DNA of 64,000 nt from Malacoraja senta (GCA_038087875.1 JAXLNO010000709.1:496001-560000), one strand, 5' to 3'. Positions 49,571 to 63,035 are shown, counted from the stretch's first letter. Notes: a model not told the origin generated them from the sequence alone. Translations and numbers: made by a program.

Positions 49571-50620
49571 TAATGAAACAAACACAGGAAGAATCAGACC
49601 TTCATCATTGCCATGCTACTGCTCTGATCTTGGGTTTCAGTCAAAGCGAGAGTGAGAAAGTAAGAGCATATCCCCATTTCCCTCTTTAACCTCTCCGAAG
49701 TGAGCCTCGTAAATTAATTTAATAGCAAAAGTTGACCCTGCAGTAAAACTGTAAACTGCTTGATTCAGCAGATGGAACCTGATGAGTGTAAGCAAGCATT
49801 ATAGAAAGGATCCTGTGCAGGAATCCTGCAGATGACCCAGTGATTGCTTTCAGGGCTGCGTGGGTCAACGGATAGAGTAACTACTTTTGTAGCCTAGGTT
49901 TGCCTTCCAGTGGAGTGTAGCTACATTTTCATGCTTGAAAAGGTTGGAATTAGTGTAAATTTCCACATGACTCCTCTGGCTAATCGACTAAAAGAAGTGG
50001 ACATTTTTTTTCCAGGGCACAGAGCAACAAAAGGAACAGCATCAAGGAGCTCTGCTTTGAAGTGCTTGATTCTGACAAGCAAAACAGTGGCATCGAGCTT
50101 TGTTGCTGGATTTTTCACAACTTTATGTATAATTCGCCACAGGTGTTGGACAAAAAAGATCCTGCTTGCTGGCCAGATTATAACAAAACTTCCTGAAGTT
50201 TTACTTCATTGCGCTCATAAAAAGGAACGGAGTCAGCTGTCAGTAATATTCCTTTTGTTTAAATCTGTAAACTTTTACTCTCCTATTTAAACTAATTACT
50301 GATGGACAACCTGACTAGAGGCACTGGTGAAATTCCAGGTCTATCTTCTGCCTCATTGCCCATCCTCCTGGTGCATCAGCTTAATTCATGCAATCAGCTT
50401 TCATTTCAGTTTAAGGTTTAATTAGACCCTGGTGAGATCTAACCACATCACTTCAACAGTATGCCTTTGTCTCACTCCCAACAGAGTACAATTTGGAAAT
50501 CTCAGTACGGTCAACAGAATATCCCATTCTGTTCTTTGTCAGACTTAACTTGTGCAAATACCACACACCACGGGGAGGCAAATAATCCTCTGTATTGCAG
50601 CAGTGTTACAAGACTACTTG

Positions 50621-50858
50621 TGTAGGAAGGAACTGCAGATGCTGGTTTAAATCGAAGACAGACACAAAATGCTGGAGTAACTCAGCGGGACGGGCAGCAT
50701 CTCTGGAGAGAAGGAATGGGTGACGTTTCGGGTCGAGACTCTTCTTCAGACTGATCAAGGATGAGTCTGAAGAAGGGTCCCGACCCAAAGCATCACCCAT
50801 TCCTTTTCTCCAGAGATGCTGCCTATCCTGCTGAGTTACTCCAGCATTTTGTGTCCAT
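50621..50858. mobile_element. Palindromic tail-to-tail Penelope-like pLTR pair, one hammerhead core per strand
   Basis: About 95-bp inverted arms; exact 15-bp TSD ttacaagactacttg (50606-20, 50859-73). Confidence 0.85.
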
Positions 50859-52049
50859 TTACAAGACTACTTGCTTGTGAAATGGCCTTGTGTTAATTAC
50901 AGCCTCTCTAGAATTCAAATATATATTAGTGAACATCCAAGGAGTAGAGAAGTAACTGAATATTCCAAGATTTTAGTCCAGGCCTGTCATGAGCTTCATA
51001 TTGTTTTGTGGAAAAAATATTAGGATAACTACTGGACACTAATATTTCTAAATGTATACAGGGATTTGTATTTTTGGAGCAAAGGTTAAACAAAAGAGTG
51101 TGGGAAGGAACTGCAGATGCTGGTTTATGCCGAAGAAAGACACATGGACAGTCATGACATATGGACACATGGACACCTTCAGCAATGGCACATTCAAGTG
51201 CTGGAGCAATTCAGCGGGTCAGTCAGCATCTCTGGAGTAAAAGAATGGGTGACATTTCGGGTCGGAACCCTTCTTTAGACTGCCTGAAAAAGAAAGAGAT
51301 TTGATTTACAAAGTAAAAGAGAAATGTCAAGTGATGTGCAGTAAAGTCATAACTATTTTGTTTGCTCATGCGGTGTGCATCAAAGAGCACTTTTCGATTA
51401 CATGTGTTCTACCCTGCTGGCATTCCTGTACGGTTTGAGCCAAACTGAGCTTATTTTGCTCTAACTGAATATGGTTGTACTAAAGTCATGCAGGGTATTT
51501 ACCAGATGTCAGTAGTGTGTCAGACCTGCAGGAAAAGCATGAAGCATTATTCAGTAGTTGCTGCTCCTTTGCAGGTTATCTGTGTTACCTCTTCAAGACT
51601 CTCAGTGTGTGTAGCCCAACACTTAAATCTCCCTTGCCGATAACTAATTACAATCGCGTTTGAACACCCAGCACTCCAGTACAAACCGTATTATGCTTTG
51701 ATTAATGACCAGACTACATATGAAGAAATTAGCCCTTAGCACTACTTAAGTGATTGTGTAAGCACTGAAATGAAATTGCCCTCATCTCCTGCATTTCCCT
51801 GGTCTTGAATGGTGCTCCTTGCAAATCCAAGAGTCTTGCTTACTTTGATGCCAATAGAACAATGTTAGGAACTTAAGTTACACAGTGGTGACTCCAGACT
51901 AATCTTTCTTTATGCCTTTTACACACACATGCTGACAATGTTATAATCATAGATAGACACAAAATGCTGGAGAAACTCAGCAGGACTGGCAGCATCTCTG
52001 GAGAGAATGGGCTATCATGTTTGATGTTATCAAATGCCATCACAGAATC

Positions 52050-52098
52050 AGGCAACTGTATCTTTAGTGATAAAGGCAACTGTATCTTTAGTGATAAA
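52050..52098 (+). repeat. 24-bp tandem duplication
   Basis: aggcaactgtatctttagtgataa x2. Confidence 0.85.
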
Positions 52099-53096
52099 AC
52101 ATGCTTCTGGATGAATGTATCATATGCTGCATGTTGTTGAATTTCTTCTAGGATGGACAGCCCTATTCAAAAGATATATGTGAGGATTTTTAACACTGAT
52201 AGGCCAATAGTAGTATTCTAGTTTAAGTGTTATTACAGCTCTATTTAAGCTTCCAATCAGTAAACATTGATCATCATTTGTTTTCATATGCTTTCTCGGA
52301 TTCTCTGTTGACCAAGATTGGTGATAGTACGGGAGGCAGTGACACAGAACGATTTTGCATAAGAGCTCTCATTTGTCTTTGAATTATTATTTGCTATTTA
52401 ACTGATCAGTTATTATTCAGAAGGTTGCACTCGCACCCTCTCTCCTGCGAAAGTGCCAATGAACAAAAGGTGCATGTTCTGTAAGAACAGAACTATGCTT
52501 TGCAACAGAACAATGAGGACTTCACTGGCTTACCAAGATGGAGCAAGAAATTTCTAACCATATCTATTTTGAACCTTCGGGACAGTTTAGTAATTTATCT
52601 GAGGCCTTGGTTGTGTAGGAGTAAATGAGTTATGAACATCTTAAAGGAATAATGGAAAGCTTTTATTGATTGGCTTAAAGTTCCCATTACCTATTAGAAA
52701 GACATGACAGGTTACCTATGACATGTTCAAAAAGTCTAACCAATCTTCTTGGGAAGTCTGTTGGGATGGTTGATAACTTGCTTCTGATCTAATTCTATGG
52801 TGGCTGAAGAATCCAATAAAGAACTCACAGACTCAAAAGTGGATGGGATGTGTGGATGGATTGTTTAGGCTCCTTCATTCTACTCTTGTTCCACTTGTGT
52901 ATGGATGGCCTTCATGTGGTTCTGCCATACATGCTCTAGCAACTCAGGGTCTACCTTGATGTTTCTTTCACTGTGAATTGGCATGGGCTAAGGATATAAA
53001 AGTTGATACATTTTAATTGAAACGTTACTGAATAAGGCTTAGTTAGATTATGTCTAGATAATGTGTGCAGTTCTGGCCACCACATTTTAGAAAGTA

Positions 53097-53313
53097 CAAA
53101 GTGCTGGAGTAACTCAGCAGGTCAGGCAGCATCTCTGGAGAACATGAATAGGTGACTTTTTGGGTCGGGGCCCTTCTCTGGACGACTCACACCCAGTCTG
53201 AAGAAGGGCCCCAGCATGAAATGTCAACTATACATGTTCTCCAGAGATGCTGCCTGACCTGCTGTCCCTCCAGCGCTTTGTGTCTTCTTCTGAAAAGCAG
53301 CATCTGCAGTTCT
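53097..53313. mobile_element. Palindromic Penelope-like pLTR pair
   Basis: Inverted arms; 15-bp TSD acattttagaaagta (53082-96, 53314-28). Confidence 0.8.
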
Positions 53314-53819
53314 ACATTTTAGAAAGTAGGACAGGCAGCGTAAAGTCTGACTAGTTATCCCAAGCTCGAAGGGACTGATGGTATGTATCAGGAACAGTCA
53401 AAAATTGTCAGCTGTCAAAAACGGATAGTTTTAGGTTTAAGTCCCTTCTCTTACCCAGAATGAAATTATTGCCCAAAGAGATTAATTAGATTCTGTCTCA
53501 GGGCAAAATATTTCTATTTTCAATTTATCATTAATACATATTTATTTATATATATTATATTAGATTAATATATTATGCGTTATATTGATTATTATTTATG
53601 AAGATTCACCTGAAACATTGATGTTGAGATTTTGCTAGATGGAGGCAGGTGCTATTAAAGCATCCATCTTATTTCCGAAATCATATTGTCCGTAGAAATT
53701 TGGGACAAAGTTTATTGTCTATTGGAAGGAGAAATAGAAAATCCTTCTTTGTTGATTCAGCCCCGAGGAAAGGATTGTGACCTTCAACGTTTTGAACATA
53801 CACGGAAATTCACATCTTG

Positions 53820-54900
53820 TTGGGGAAAGTACACGGTTAATGACAAGACCCTCAACACTATTGATGTACAGATGAAACTTGAGGAGCAAGTCCATAGTTT
53901 CCTAAATGTGGCGGCAAAAATAGGTAGAATGGTAAAGAAGGTGCATAGTATTCATCCCTTTATTGGTCAGGGCATTGAATATCAGTCAACGGCCTGTCCC
54001 ACTTGGGCGACCTAATCCGTGAGTTCTGGCGAGTTTGCCCTCGACTCATACTCACAGCATGGTCGACACGAGGTCGTAGGAGGTATTCGTAACTCTCCTT
54101 CATGCTTGACAGTGGTCTCCGCGTACTCGAGGCCTCAGCTAGGTCGTGGCCTTTTTTTTCAATATGTAAAAAAATGCCCGCGAGTAAAAAAAGGTCGTCA
54201 TGGAAAAAATAAATACTTTTTTATTCGTAGGTTTAGTCGTAGTATGTCGTAGTAGGTCGGCATGTTAGGCGTAGGTAATCGAAGGTAATCGAAGGTAGTC
54301 GAAGGTAGTCAAAGGTAGTCATAGATAGTCTTCATCATAGTCGAAGGGAGGTCATCTTCACTCTCCATTATTCGGTGCTCAATTTTCCCGAAGCTAGTCA
54401 AAGCTAGTCTTCAACATGGTCGAAGGAGGTCATTTTTTAAAAGTCTTCTAAACTCGCCAATTACGTCGCCCATGTGGCACAGCCCATTCAGGAAGTTATG
54501 TTGCAGCTTTATGGGACTTTAGTTAGGCCACGTTTGTAGTCTTGTGTGCAGTTCATGTCGACCCATTACAGGGTGCAGAAGAGGTTTACCAGACTGCTGC
54601 TTGGATTAGAAGGTATTAGTTGTAAGGAGATGTTGGACAGACTGAGATGTTTTCTCTGGAGTGTGGGAGGTTGAAGGGAGACCTGATAGAAGTATGTAAA
54701 ATTATGAATGGCATAGATAGTATAGACAGTCAGAACCTTTGTCCCAGGGTGGAAATGTCAAAGACTCGAGGGCATAGCTTTAAGGTGAGAAGGGCAAGAC
54801 TTAAAAGAAATGTGCAGGGCAAGTTTATTCACAGAGAAGTGTCTATGTCTGGAATGCACCGTCAAGGGAGGCAGATATAATTGTCGCATTTCAGATGCTT
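53820..54900 (+). mobile_element. Diverged CR1 ORF2 3' fragment interrupted by a MITE
   Basis: FIGQGIEY | ..LVRP.. FSLECGRLKGDLIEVCKIM...KTRGHSFKVR. Confidence 0.8.
53989..54487. mobile_element. MITE, PIF/Harbinger-like, with internal (gtagtcgaag)-type tandem repeats
   Basis: Imperfect TIRs ggcctgtcccacttgggcgacctaat / attacgtcgcccatgtggcacagccc; 3-bp TSD tca (53986-88, 54488-90); removal restores the CR1 sequence. Confidence 0.75.
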
Positions 54901-55504
54901 TTGGAGTTTAAAGGAGATGCGTGATAGATATACACAATATTTTGTACAGAAATTAGGGTATGTTTGTGAATAGCTCTTAGCTCGGGGCTAAAGGAATCAA
55001 GGGATATGGGGAAAAAAGCAGGAACGGGGTAACGATTTTGGATGATCAGCCATGATCATATTGAATGGCTGTGCTGGCTCGATGGGCCGACTAGCCTACT
55101 CCTGCACCTATTTTCTATGTTTCTAATATGTTATTTTCACAGTTAATTGCAGAAAATGCACAAACATTTAAAGCGAGAATACAAAATGCATATGGAATGT
55201 ATATGGAGTTTCTGCATGAATATTAGTTATGGGTCCCAATATATCTGGTGATTTATTACCTACACAACCAATATTGTGCTGAGGGCATGGTTATTGTGGG
55301 CCCAATAAACTTTTATTTACATGAATGCTTTGAATACAGTGCAAAGGGACACCCAGAGTCACCTCCATTCATAAATATAAATGCAGCCTGGCTTCCACAG
55401 CCATATTATTATCATATTAAAATATTATCCCAGGCTTTGAGTGCAGGTAAAAGGTTAAGTATTTGTTTTAATCTGATTGTTTAAATCTTTATTGATTGAA
55501 TGAT

Positions 55505-55810
55505 CACAGCATGGAAACAGGCACTTCAGTCCACTGAGTCCACACTGACCAGTGATCACCCATCCACACTAGTTCTATGTTATCCCACTTCCTCATCCAT
55601 TTACTACACACTCAGGGCAATTTACAGAGGTCAATCAACCTACAAGCCTGCATGCCTTTTGGAAGCGGAAGAAATCCAGAGCACCCGGAAGAACCCCACT
55701 CGGTCACTGGGAGAACGTGCAAACTCCACACAGACAGCACCTCGAAGTCAGGATCGAACCCTGGTCTATGACATTGTGTGGCAGTGGCTCTATCAGCTGT
55801 GCACTGTGCT
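55505..55810 (-). mobile_element. HE1-like SINE (diverged)
   Basis: Reverse-complement core, same subfamily as 13070-13320. Confidence 0.75.
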
Positions 55811-55924
55811 GCTGTTCTTACTGGTCCCCTCCTTTCCTTTTGCACTTTTGTTTTTGCAGAAAGCTAAGAAATACAATGTTAGTTCAGGCACTTTTTATAT
55901 GCAATAGATTCTCACACAATTTTG

Positions 55925-56475
55925 GGTGGCACAGTGGCGTAATGGGCAGCGCAGCGGTAGAGTTGCAGCCTTGCAGTGCCAAAGATCCGGGTTCGATCCT
56001 GACTATGGGTGCTGTCTGTATGGAGTTTGCGCCTTCTCTCTGTGGCCGCGTGGGTTTTCTCCAGCTGCACTGGTTTGCTCCCACATAAGTTCATAATTGA
56101 TTAGGCCATTCTGCCCATCGAGTCTACTCCGCCATTCAATCATGGCTGATCTAACTCTCCCTCCTAACCCCATTCGCCCTGCCTTCTCCCCATAACCTCT
56201 GACACCCGATCAAGATTCTATCTATCTCTGGTTTAAATATATCCACTGACTTTGCCTCCACAGACTTCTGTGGCAAAGAATTCCACAGATTCACCACCGC
56301 TGACTAAAGACTTCCCAAAGACTTGCAGGTGTGTAGGTTAAATGACATCTGTAAATAGTTCCTAGTGTGTAGGACAATAGTTTCTAGTGTGTAGGACAAG
56401 GATAGAACTAATGTATGGCGTGGACTTGTTGGGTCGAAGGGCCATTTTCCACGCTGTATCTCTAAACTAAACTAA
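55925..56475 (+). mobile_element. HE1-like SINE split by a minus-strand CR1 3' end (about 56088-56310)
   Basis: Head with B-box ggttcgatcc and (taaac)n tail, with a CR1 3' UTR in between. Confidence 0.8.
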
Positions 56476-57127
56476 ATTTATTTTCTGGAAAAGTGAAGGA
56501 AACTGGATGAGTTCTTCTACAATGACGATATCTGCAAGTGACCGTTTTATGTGATACAAGTATCAGAAAACGGCATGGGCAGGAGTCGCTGCTGATATTC
56601 TCATTTACAGGATCCTTGTGGAATGAGCACAAAAATCCTAATACTGGTGCTTTGTTCGATTTGAACACTCTACGTCCCCATGCAGCCTCTGGCAATTGTA
56701 TAACCCAAAGATCTTTGACCTAGGAGAACAAACAGCTGTAACATTCCACCACAGGTGTGACTGTTCATACACACGCCATTAAACTCTGAAATAAACCTCG
56801 GCTCCTTTTCAGTCAGAGAGCTACAGGAGAATTATGTTTACAGACTAGAATTTTCACCCTTCGCTTCCAGGTGTGCGATTTATTTTGGGCTAATCTTTCG
56901 CAAACCTCTTAACGTAAAATCTTTTGATATAAGTATAGTAAATAGATAACATAGAGGTTTTTTATGAGGCGTGAAAGCCATTCATTGAAATTATGCCACC
57001 CAAAAATATTGGGGTATATTCATTTATATAACGGCTGGTCAGGAATCAGCAATAAGCTTACTTTCGAGCATAAATGTAATATATTTTATTGAAACCCAAT
57101 AAAACCTCTCTCACCTATCATGTAAGG

Positions 57128-57412
57128 CCACAAAGTGTTGTAGTAACTCAGCGGGTTAGGCAGCATTTCTGAAGAACATAAGTGACTGGGATGCGGGCAA
57201 GTTGGGCCGAAGGGCCTGTTTCCACACTGTAAGACCCTAGGACTCCATGACTCTTGGTGACGTTTTGTGTCGGGGCGCTTCTTCAGACTCTAAGAAGGAT
57301 CCCGACCCGAAACATCACCTATCCATGTTTTTCACAGATGCAGTTTGACCTGTTGAGTTACTGCAATACTTTGTGTATTGCTGAAGATTCCAGCATCTGC
57401 AGTTCCTTTTGT
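57128..57412. mobile_element. Palindromic Penelope-like pLTR pair with a CR1/HER1 tail inserted (about 57187-57253)
   Basis: Inverted arms with degenerate hammerhead cores; LINE tail gggccgaagggcctgtttcc inside the left arm. Confidence 0.65.
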
Positions 57413-58829
57413 CGATATTTTGTTGAACCCAGTGTCGGAGGGCCGATAGATAGTCCTGTTGAAACTTGGAAACCAGCTAAAACTACAGGAAGTCAGCTGT
57501 TTTAAAAAAGGTCAGAGCTGGGTGAAACTAGGTTTTCCAATTAGTAAATATGTTATATGTTTAGTCTGATTGCCATGTGTAAGGTCATCCTCGCAATAAA
57601 ATATACTTCATGTTTTTCTGCGTTGCCAATTGCATTCATTGCTTCCCTCTCTTGACTAGTTTGTCAATGCTTGTGTCACAGACCTGGCTTAAGTTCCTTT
57701 AAACTGTTCCGAGTCTGAGCCCCAGTGGAAAACAGGTGTTCATCTGCACAACATCTCCTGTTACAGGTGCTCCTAGTGGGTGCCAGTATTGGGGTCAGTC
57801 TGGTGGTTATGTGAGCAGACGAGAGCACACAGTGAATTCCTAAAGACAAACACAAGCTCGGCATGTTGAACATCACTGGGGATTTATACTGCTTCCGGAC
57901 GGACGCACAATGTTTGACTGGCTGCCATAAAAACTGCCCACCCACCTTGAGATAGCTTAAAACTTCCTAAATCCAGTTGTACAATGATTTCCCTCAAGAG
58001 GGGGAGAAACCATCCTGCCATTTTTAACAGCTTTCATGAAAGCACACTGTCTACACACAATGCAGTCTGTTAATATTTATTAGATGGTCTATATTCTTCA
58101 TGGAGCTAAAGCCTGGGCAGAAATCAGTAAAAATGCAAGAGCCAAGTCAAACTGTTCCTTTTCTCTGAGCACAAGTCAAGAGTTAAACACAGGAAAAGCG
58201 AGTGCTTCAAGTGCAGTTATTCCGTTTCAAAGGCAGCAGTATGTTTTGGTTGCAATTGGGTGCATGCTATGCAGGGACTTCATCACAATTAGATTTGTGT
58301 CACTGCTAAATTAATATTAGCTTTAGGGCTTAGTATAGGCTGTTCCCTTGAGACTGACTGCACAAGAATAATGGAGACAATAAACTAAAATTTAAATTTA
58401 ACTCTGAATGGATTAAAAGGCACACAGCAGTAGAATTGCGCCCCCCCCCCCCCAAATTTAATTAAATATGCCAATTTTTTTGGGGTAAGAATAGTCTTAT
58501 TAAATTCGAAAATAAATGATCTATTTTTAATGTTTTTTTTTTTAATATCCTGATTTCAGGAAAATGATAGGAAGTATAGAAATTTACCCAATCCATCAAT
58601 TTGGTCAAAGTATAGATCATTTGCATAGGGCATTCACTATTTTATATCTGTTTAAAGAAAAAGTAATCTTCTTGATGATGACTTTCCTCCAGTATTTTGC
58701 TAAATAGTCCATTTTTTGTTTGAAGTCAATCACTGAATGTTGATTGAATAGCTAATTGGTCAATTGTTTAACAATAAACTGAATTCACTCAAATTAATTT
58801 TATTTGAATACATAATTGGCATTAGTGTA

Positions 58830-59415
58830 TTATTGTCACGTGTACCAAGAGACAGTGAAGTTTTGTTTGTATGCTATCCAGTCAAATCTTACTATACATG
58901 AGTATAATCAAGCCATACGGAAGTAGAACAATAAGTATAAAGAGAATACCAGAAGGCAGAATATAGTGTTAGAGCATAATAGCACTACTGTTGCAAAGAA
59001 AGAGTCCAAGGTCTCCAATGAAGTAGGTTGGAAGATTATGACTAGAGCCTAGCTTAGGGGAGTGCCATTCAACAGTTGATAACAGTAGGGATGAAGTTGT
59101 TCCTGCATCTGGTTGTACGTACTTTCAAGCTTTTGAATCTACTGCCCAACTGGAGAGGGGGAAAAGAGGGAATGACATTGAGGCAGTGTGAATTGTAGAT
59201 GGAGTAGATAGAAGGAAGGCTTTTGGTCTGTGTGATGGACTTGGTTACATACACAGCTCTCAGGAAATGTTTGTGGTCTTGGGCAGAGCTGCTGCCAAAC
59301 CATGTTATGATGCATTCTGATAGGATGCTTTCCACAGTACATCTGTACAAGTTGGAAAGAGTTGTTGGAGACATGCAGAAATTCTTTAGTCTTCTGAGGA
59401 AATAAAGGCATTGTA
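58830..59415 (-). mobile_element. Rex1/Babar-clade LINE fragment
   Basis: MSPTTLSNLYRCTVESILSECIITWFG. Confidence 0.8.
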
Positions 59416-59945
59416 TGGAAGTAATATTGTTGATGATAATATTGCTGAGATATAGACTATAGGTTAATAAAAGACCATCTTCTTTCCAGAATGCTTGAAG
59501 GAAGGTTCAGATTGAACAACATTTATTCCCCCCACTGTATTGAACTACAAATCCCACATTTGGGCAATTAACATTCTTTAACATCTGGCAAAGGCCATCT
59601 ATACTCTCGACCCGAAACATCAACCATTCCTTCTCTCCAGGGATGCTGCCTGTCTGTCCCGCTGAGTTACTCCAGCATTTTGTGTCTGTCTTTGTTATAA
59701 ACCAGCATCTGCAGTTCCTTCCTACACAAATTAACTTCTATATATTTTGACATCAAATAAAGTGAAACATTGATTTTTAGCAATGTAGAGAGGTATGTAT
59801 GGAAACTGCTGCTAATTAAAGTCGAACAATATCAATCAGTAGTGGCACATCTGCTGGCTGTTGTATCACTGGGAATGTTATTCTCAGATGGTGAGACAGA
59901 TACTGCAAGATACATTTGTAGAATGAAAGAGTAAAAGAAGAGAGG

Positions 59946-60262
59946 TGGCACGTGGGCAGCACGGTGGTGCAGTGGTACAGTCACTGCCCTACAGCGCTTA
60001 CAGCGCCAGAGACCTGGGTTCGATCCCGACTACAGGTGCTGTCTGTACGGAGCTTGTACATTCTCCCTGTTACAGTGTCGGTTTTCTCCGAGATCTTCGG
60101 TTTCCTCCCACACTCCAAAGATGTTGTAGGTTAATTGGCTTGGTATGAGCGCACATTGGCCCCAGTGTGTGTTGGACAGTGTTATTGTGCGGGGATCGCT
60201 GGTCGGTGCAGGTCCGGTGGGTCGTAGGGCCTGTTTCCATGCTGTATCTCTAAACTAAACTA
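59946..60262 (+). mobile_element. HE1-like SINE
   Basis: A/B boxes, core, (taaac)n tail. Confidence 0.85.
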
Positions 60263-60949
60263 AGAGAAACCGTTATTTAAAGCACATTATTCAAGTGAAA
60301 ATTGTGAACTTGATTAGCTCTGAATTTTGTTTTATGAGGCCTCTTGGATAAAGGATAGGCATGTTAAATCAAATTATACTGTTATAATATTCAAGGGAAA
60401 GATATTAGATATTTTCCATTTGTTACATACTTAAAAGAAAAAAAGTTATCCAAAATCTAGATTGATGTCCCTCAGATACCTTGATGGTCTTTTGTAAAAA
60501 AAAAGTTATTAATAACATGATACCGATCATCTTGTTATCAGTCAAATCATTAAATGTTTGCTATTCTGTTGGAACTCGAGGCCCTTTATAAGGGAATTGC
60601 TCACTCAGGTTCACAGTGACTCTCATGCTTACTTCCTCTCTCTGTTTATAATGTGTGTTCCCATGAGAAGGGTGCGAGCATCACCTCCAGCAATGGATCG
60701 CTCAGCTTCAGTATCACCACACTCTTATCAAGCTTTGCGTGACACTTTGGCTTCAGTCTTCCTCATTTTACAGCTGTAGCCTTTTATAGATGTCACTTAA
60801 AGTTCAGAACATGCACGATGAATGCTTAGCCTGTGAAATGACTCTGTTGGAATGATGTTCAAGAGGAAAATGTTTAACCTTCATAACAAGGAACCAATGA
60901 TCACTGCAATGCTGCTGGATGTTGGAGAGCAATGGGACAGGCCATCACA

Positions 60950-61130
60950 GATGGGGAGGGAGGGAGTGGGGGGTAGAGATGAAGTACAGAGGGGGAGAGA
61001 GAGCAGGGGGGTGGGGAGAGGGACAGGAAGGGGGGGGGAGAGGTAGAAAGAGGGGGGAGGTGTGAGAGATGAAGGGGGAGGGGGGAGACAGAGAGAGAGA
61101 GAGAGAGAGAGAGTGAGAGAAGAAATAGAG
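60950..61130 (+). repeat. G/A-rich polypurine tract with (GA)n and multiple G-runs
   Basis: Direct composition. Confidence 0.8.
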
Positions 61131-62859
61131 CGGATGTGGCACAGGCATGGAAAAAGTGTGAAAAATACAAATGTGGAAACAATCCTACAGGAAGGGAATT
61201 TACAAACATAATCCTTCTGTAGTTTGGATTATGAGGAGGTGATGTTTATATACTGGCTCCTTATGTTTATATCACTATTACTAGCTCTTTCATTTTTGGA
61301 GCAATATAACGGAGACACACACATCATTCTCCCATGGCCGAAAGATATAAGTGTAAAAGAGTTTGGAGAGCCGGTGAAAGTGAGTGAGAAATTCTTACGA
61401 CAGAAAAAAATATTTCCGGAATATAGATGGAAAATAGCAGCTGCAATATACTGTAAGAGGGAAAAGAGTGCTCTTATATTGTAGCCCTTGTCTTTGGAAA
61501 CTAAGCTAAGGCTCATTAATTTTATCTCCATCGTGTCCTGTTAGACTTCCTGCCGACAACGTGTGGGGCCCACCATTCTTTATACGAGCTGATTGTCCCC
61601 CACATTTTGGTCAGAGCATTTATCACAAAGCAGTGACATCTCAATCTGGCTACAGGGAGAATTGCATGGGGTATAACAATGGCATGTCGTAACTATGTCA
61701 CCACCACCACTTACATTGAGGAAGACCAGCGGCAATCAATAATAAACAGGTTCTCCAGCTCAGTGGTCGCAGAAAATCCGGCAGGTTTATGTGGACATGA
61801 GTGCCAGCTGCTTAAGCCTTGACATTTAAATGTCGGAAACTAAAGAGCTACATTTAATAATCACTACAGGTGAAGCGTAGTGGGAAGTTGGAACGATTTC
61901 AAGGGTGCGAAATGAAAGTAGAAACAATTAAATAAAGAGCGTAGGAAGGAATTGCAGATGCTGGTTTAAAACGAAGATAGACACAAAGTGCTGGAGCAAC
62001 TCAGCATCTCTGGAGAGAAGGAACGGGCAAGGTTTTGGGTCGACACCCTTTTTCAGACCAAATAAAGGGATACAATTTTAAAGAAAAATCTGAATTTTGG
62101 ATTAACCACTGTTTAAAAAAAAGTGCTCTTCAGTTGACAGCAAGTGTATTTTTTATTATATCCCTGCAACTATTTAAAAGTTGATAGACACAGAAAGCTG
62201 GTGTAACAGCGGGTCAGGCTGTTCTTCAGATCTCGGATCGAGACCCTTCTTCAGATCTATTTAAAAGCATCTTGAGTACGTTTTAATTTTCTGAAAAGTT
62301 AGTAGTTTATTTATTGTTATTAGTTAGTAGTTTATTTAGGAGATGCCACTGTGAACTTTTTGCTAATTGAGCGCTCACTTTAGTACAGGTATAGAATATA
62401 AGAGAGACGTGATATTCATTTTATTCATGAGAACCCCTGTGGTAGGCAGCTCCTGGCATCAGCCCCACTGGGGTATGTTTAATCCCCCACTGTAAACAAA
62501 CTTCAAAATGAATGAAAGTTTTGCACAATGGGTTGTCAAAGGAGCCAAGGGTAGTGGTAGTGCATAGAAGGCCTCAAACTTTAATTGAAGCATGAAACAA
62601 AAACCTCCTCTCTTTCCCAGCCTCAGGATCAAAACAAAGAATTTCCCCCAAGGATAAGCTGTGTCAATTAAATATCAATCAACAGGTTAATCAGCCAGTC
62701 TAAATGATCCTCTTCTTGACTTTTACTTTTTTTTTTATAGTGCTTTATTCATAGTTTGTAGTTGATGCAAATCAACCCTTTGTCTCATGCAATGTGTGTG
62801 TTTAAATAAATTAAGCAATGTTGGTTCATTACTGGCATCATGACAATGAACAATTCAGT

Positions 62860-63035
62860 TGAACAGGATGCACTTTATCTGTTTATTTATGTGTATATAT
62901 ATGGTCTATGGTATATGGACCCACTGATCTGTTCTGTATTATGCCTACAATATTCTGTTGTGCTGCAGCAAGCAAGAATTTCATTGTCCAATCTGGGACA
63001 CATGACAATAAACTCTCTTGATTTGACTTGACTTG
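62860..63035 (+). mobile_element. Rex1/Babar LINE 3' UTR
   Basis: tgtgctgcagcaagcaagaatttcattgtcc.atctgggacacatgacaataaa + (ttgac)n, matching the tail at 31125-31210. Confidence 0.8.

Noticed and set aside
54230..54430. Short regularly spaced repeats resembling a CRISPR array
   Set aside because: About 10-bp tandem units without unique spacers, inside a MITE in a vertebrate genome
61224..61484. ORF with a signal-peptide-like stretch (MFIYWLLMFISLLLALSF) and a GTGAGT donor at 61380, as an alternative first exon
   Set aside because: The donor is phase 0 whereas downstream versican exons need phase 1; no homology recognised; T-rich DNA yields hydrophobic ORFs by chance
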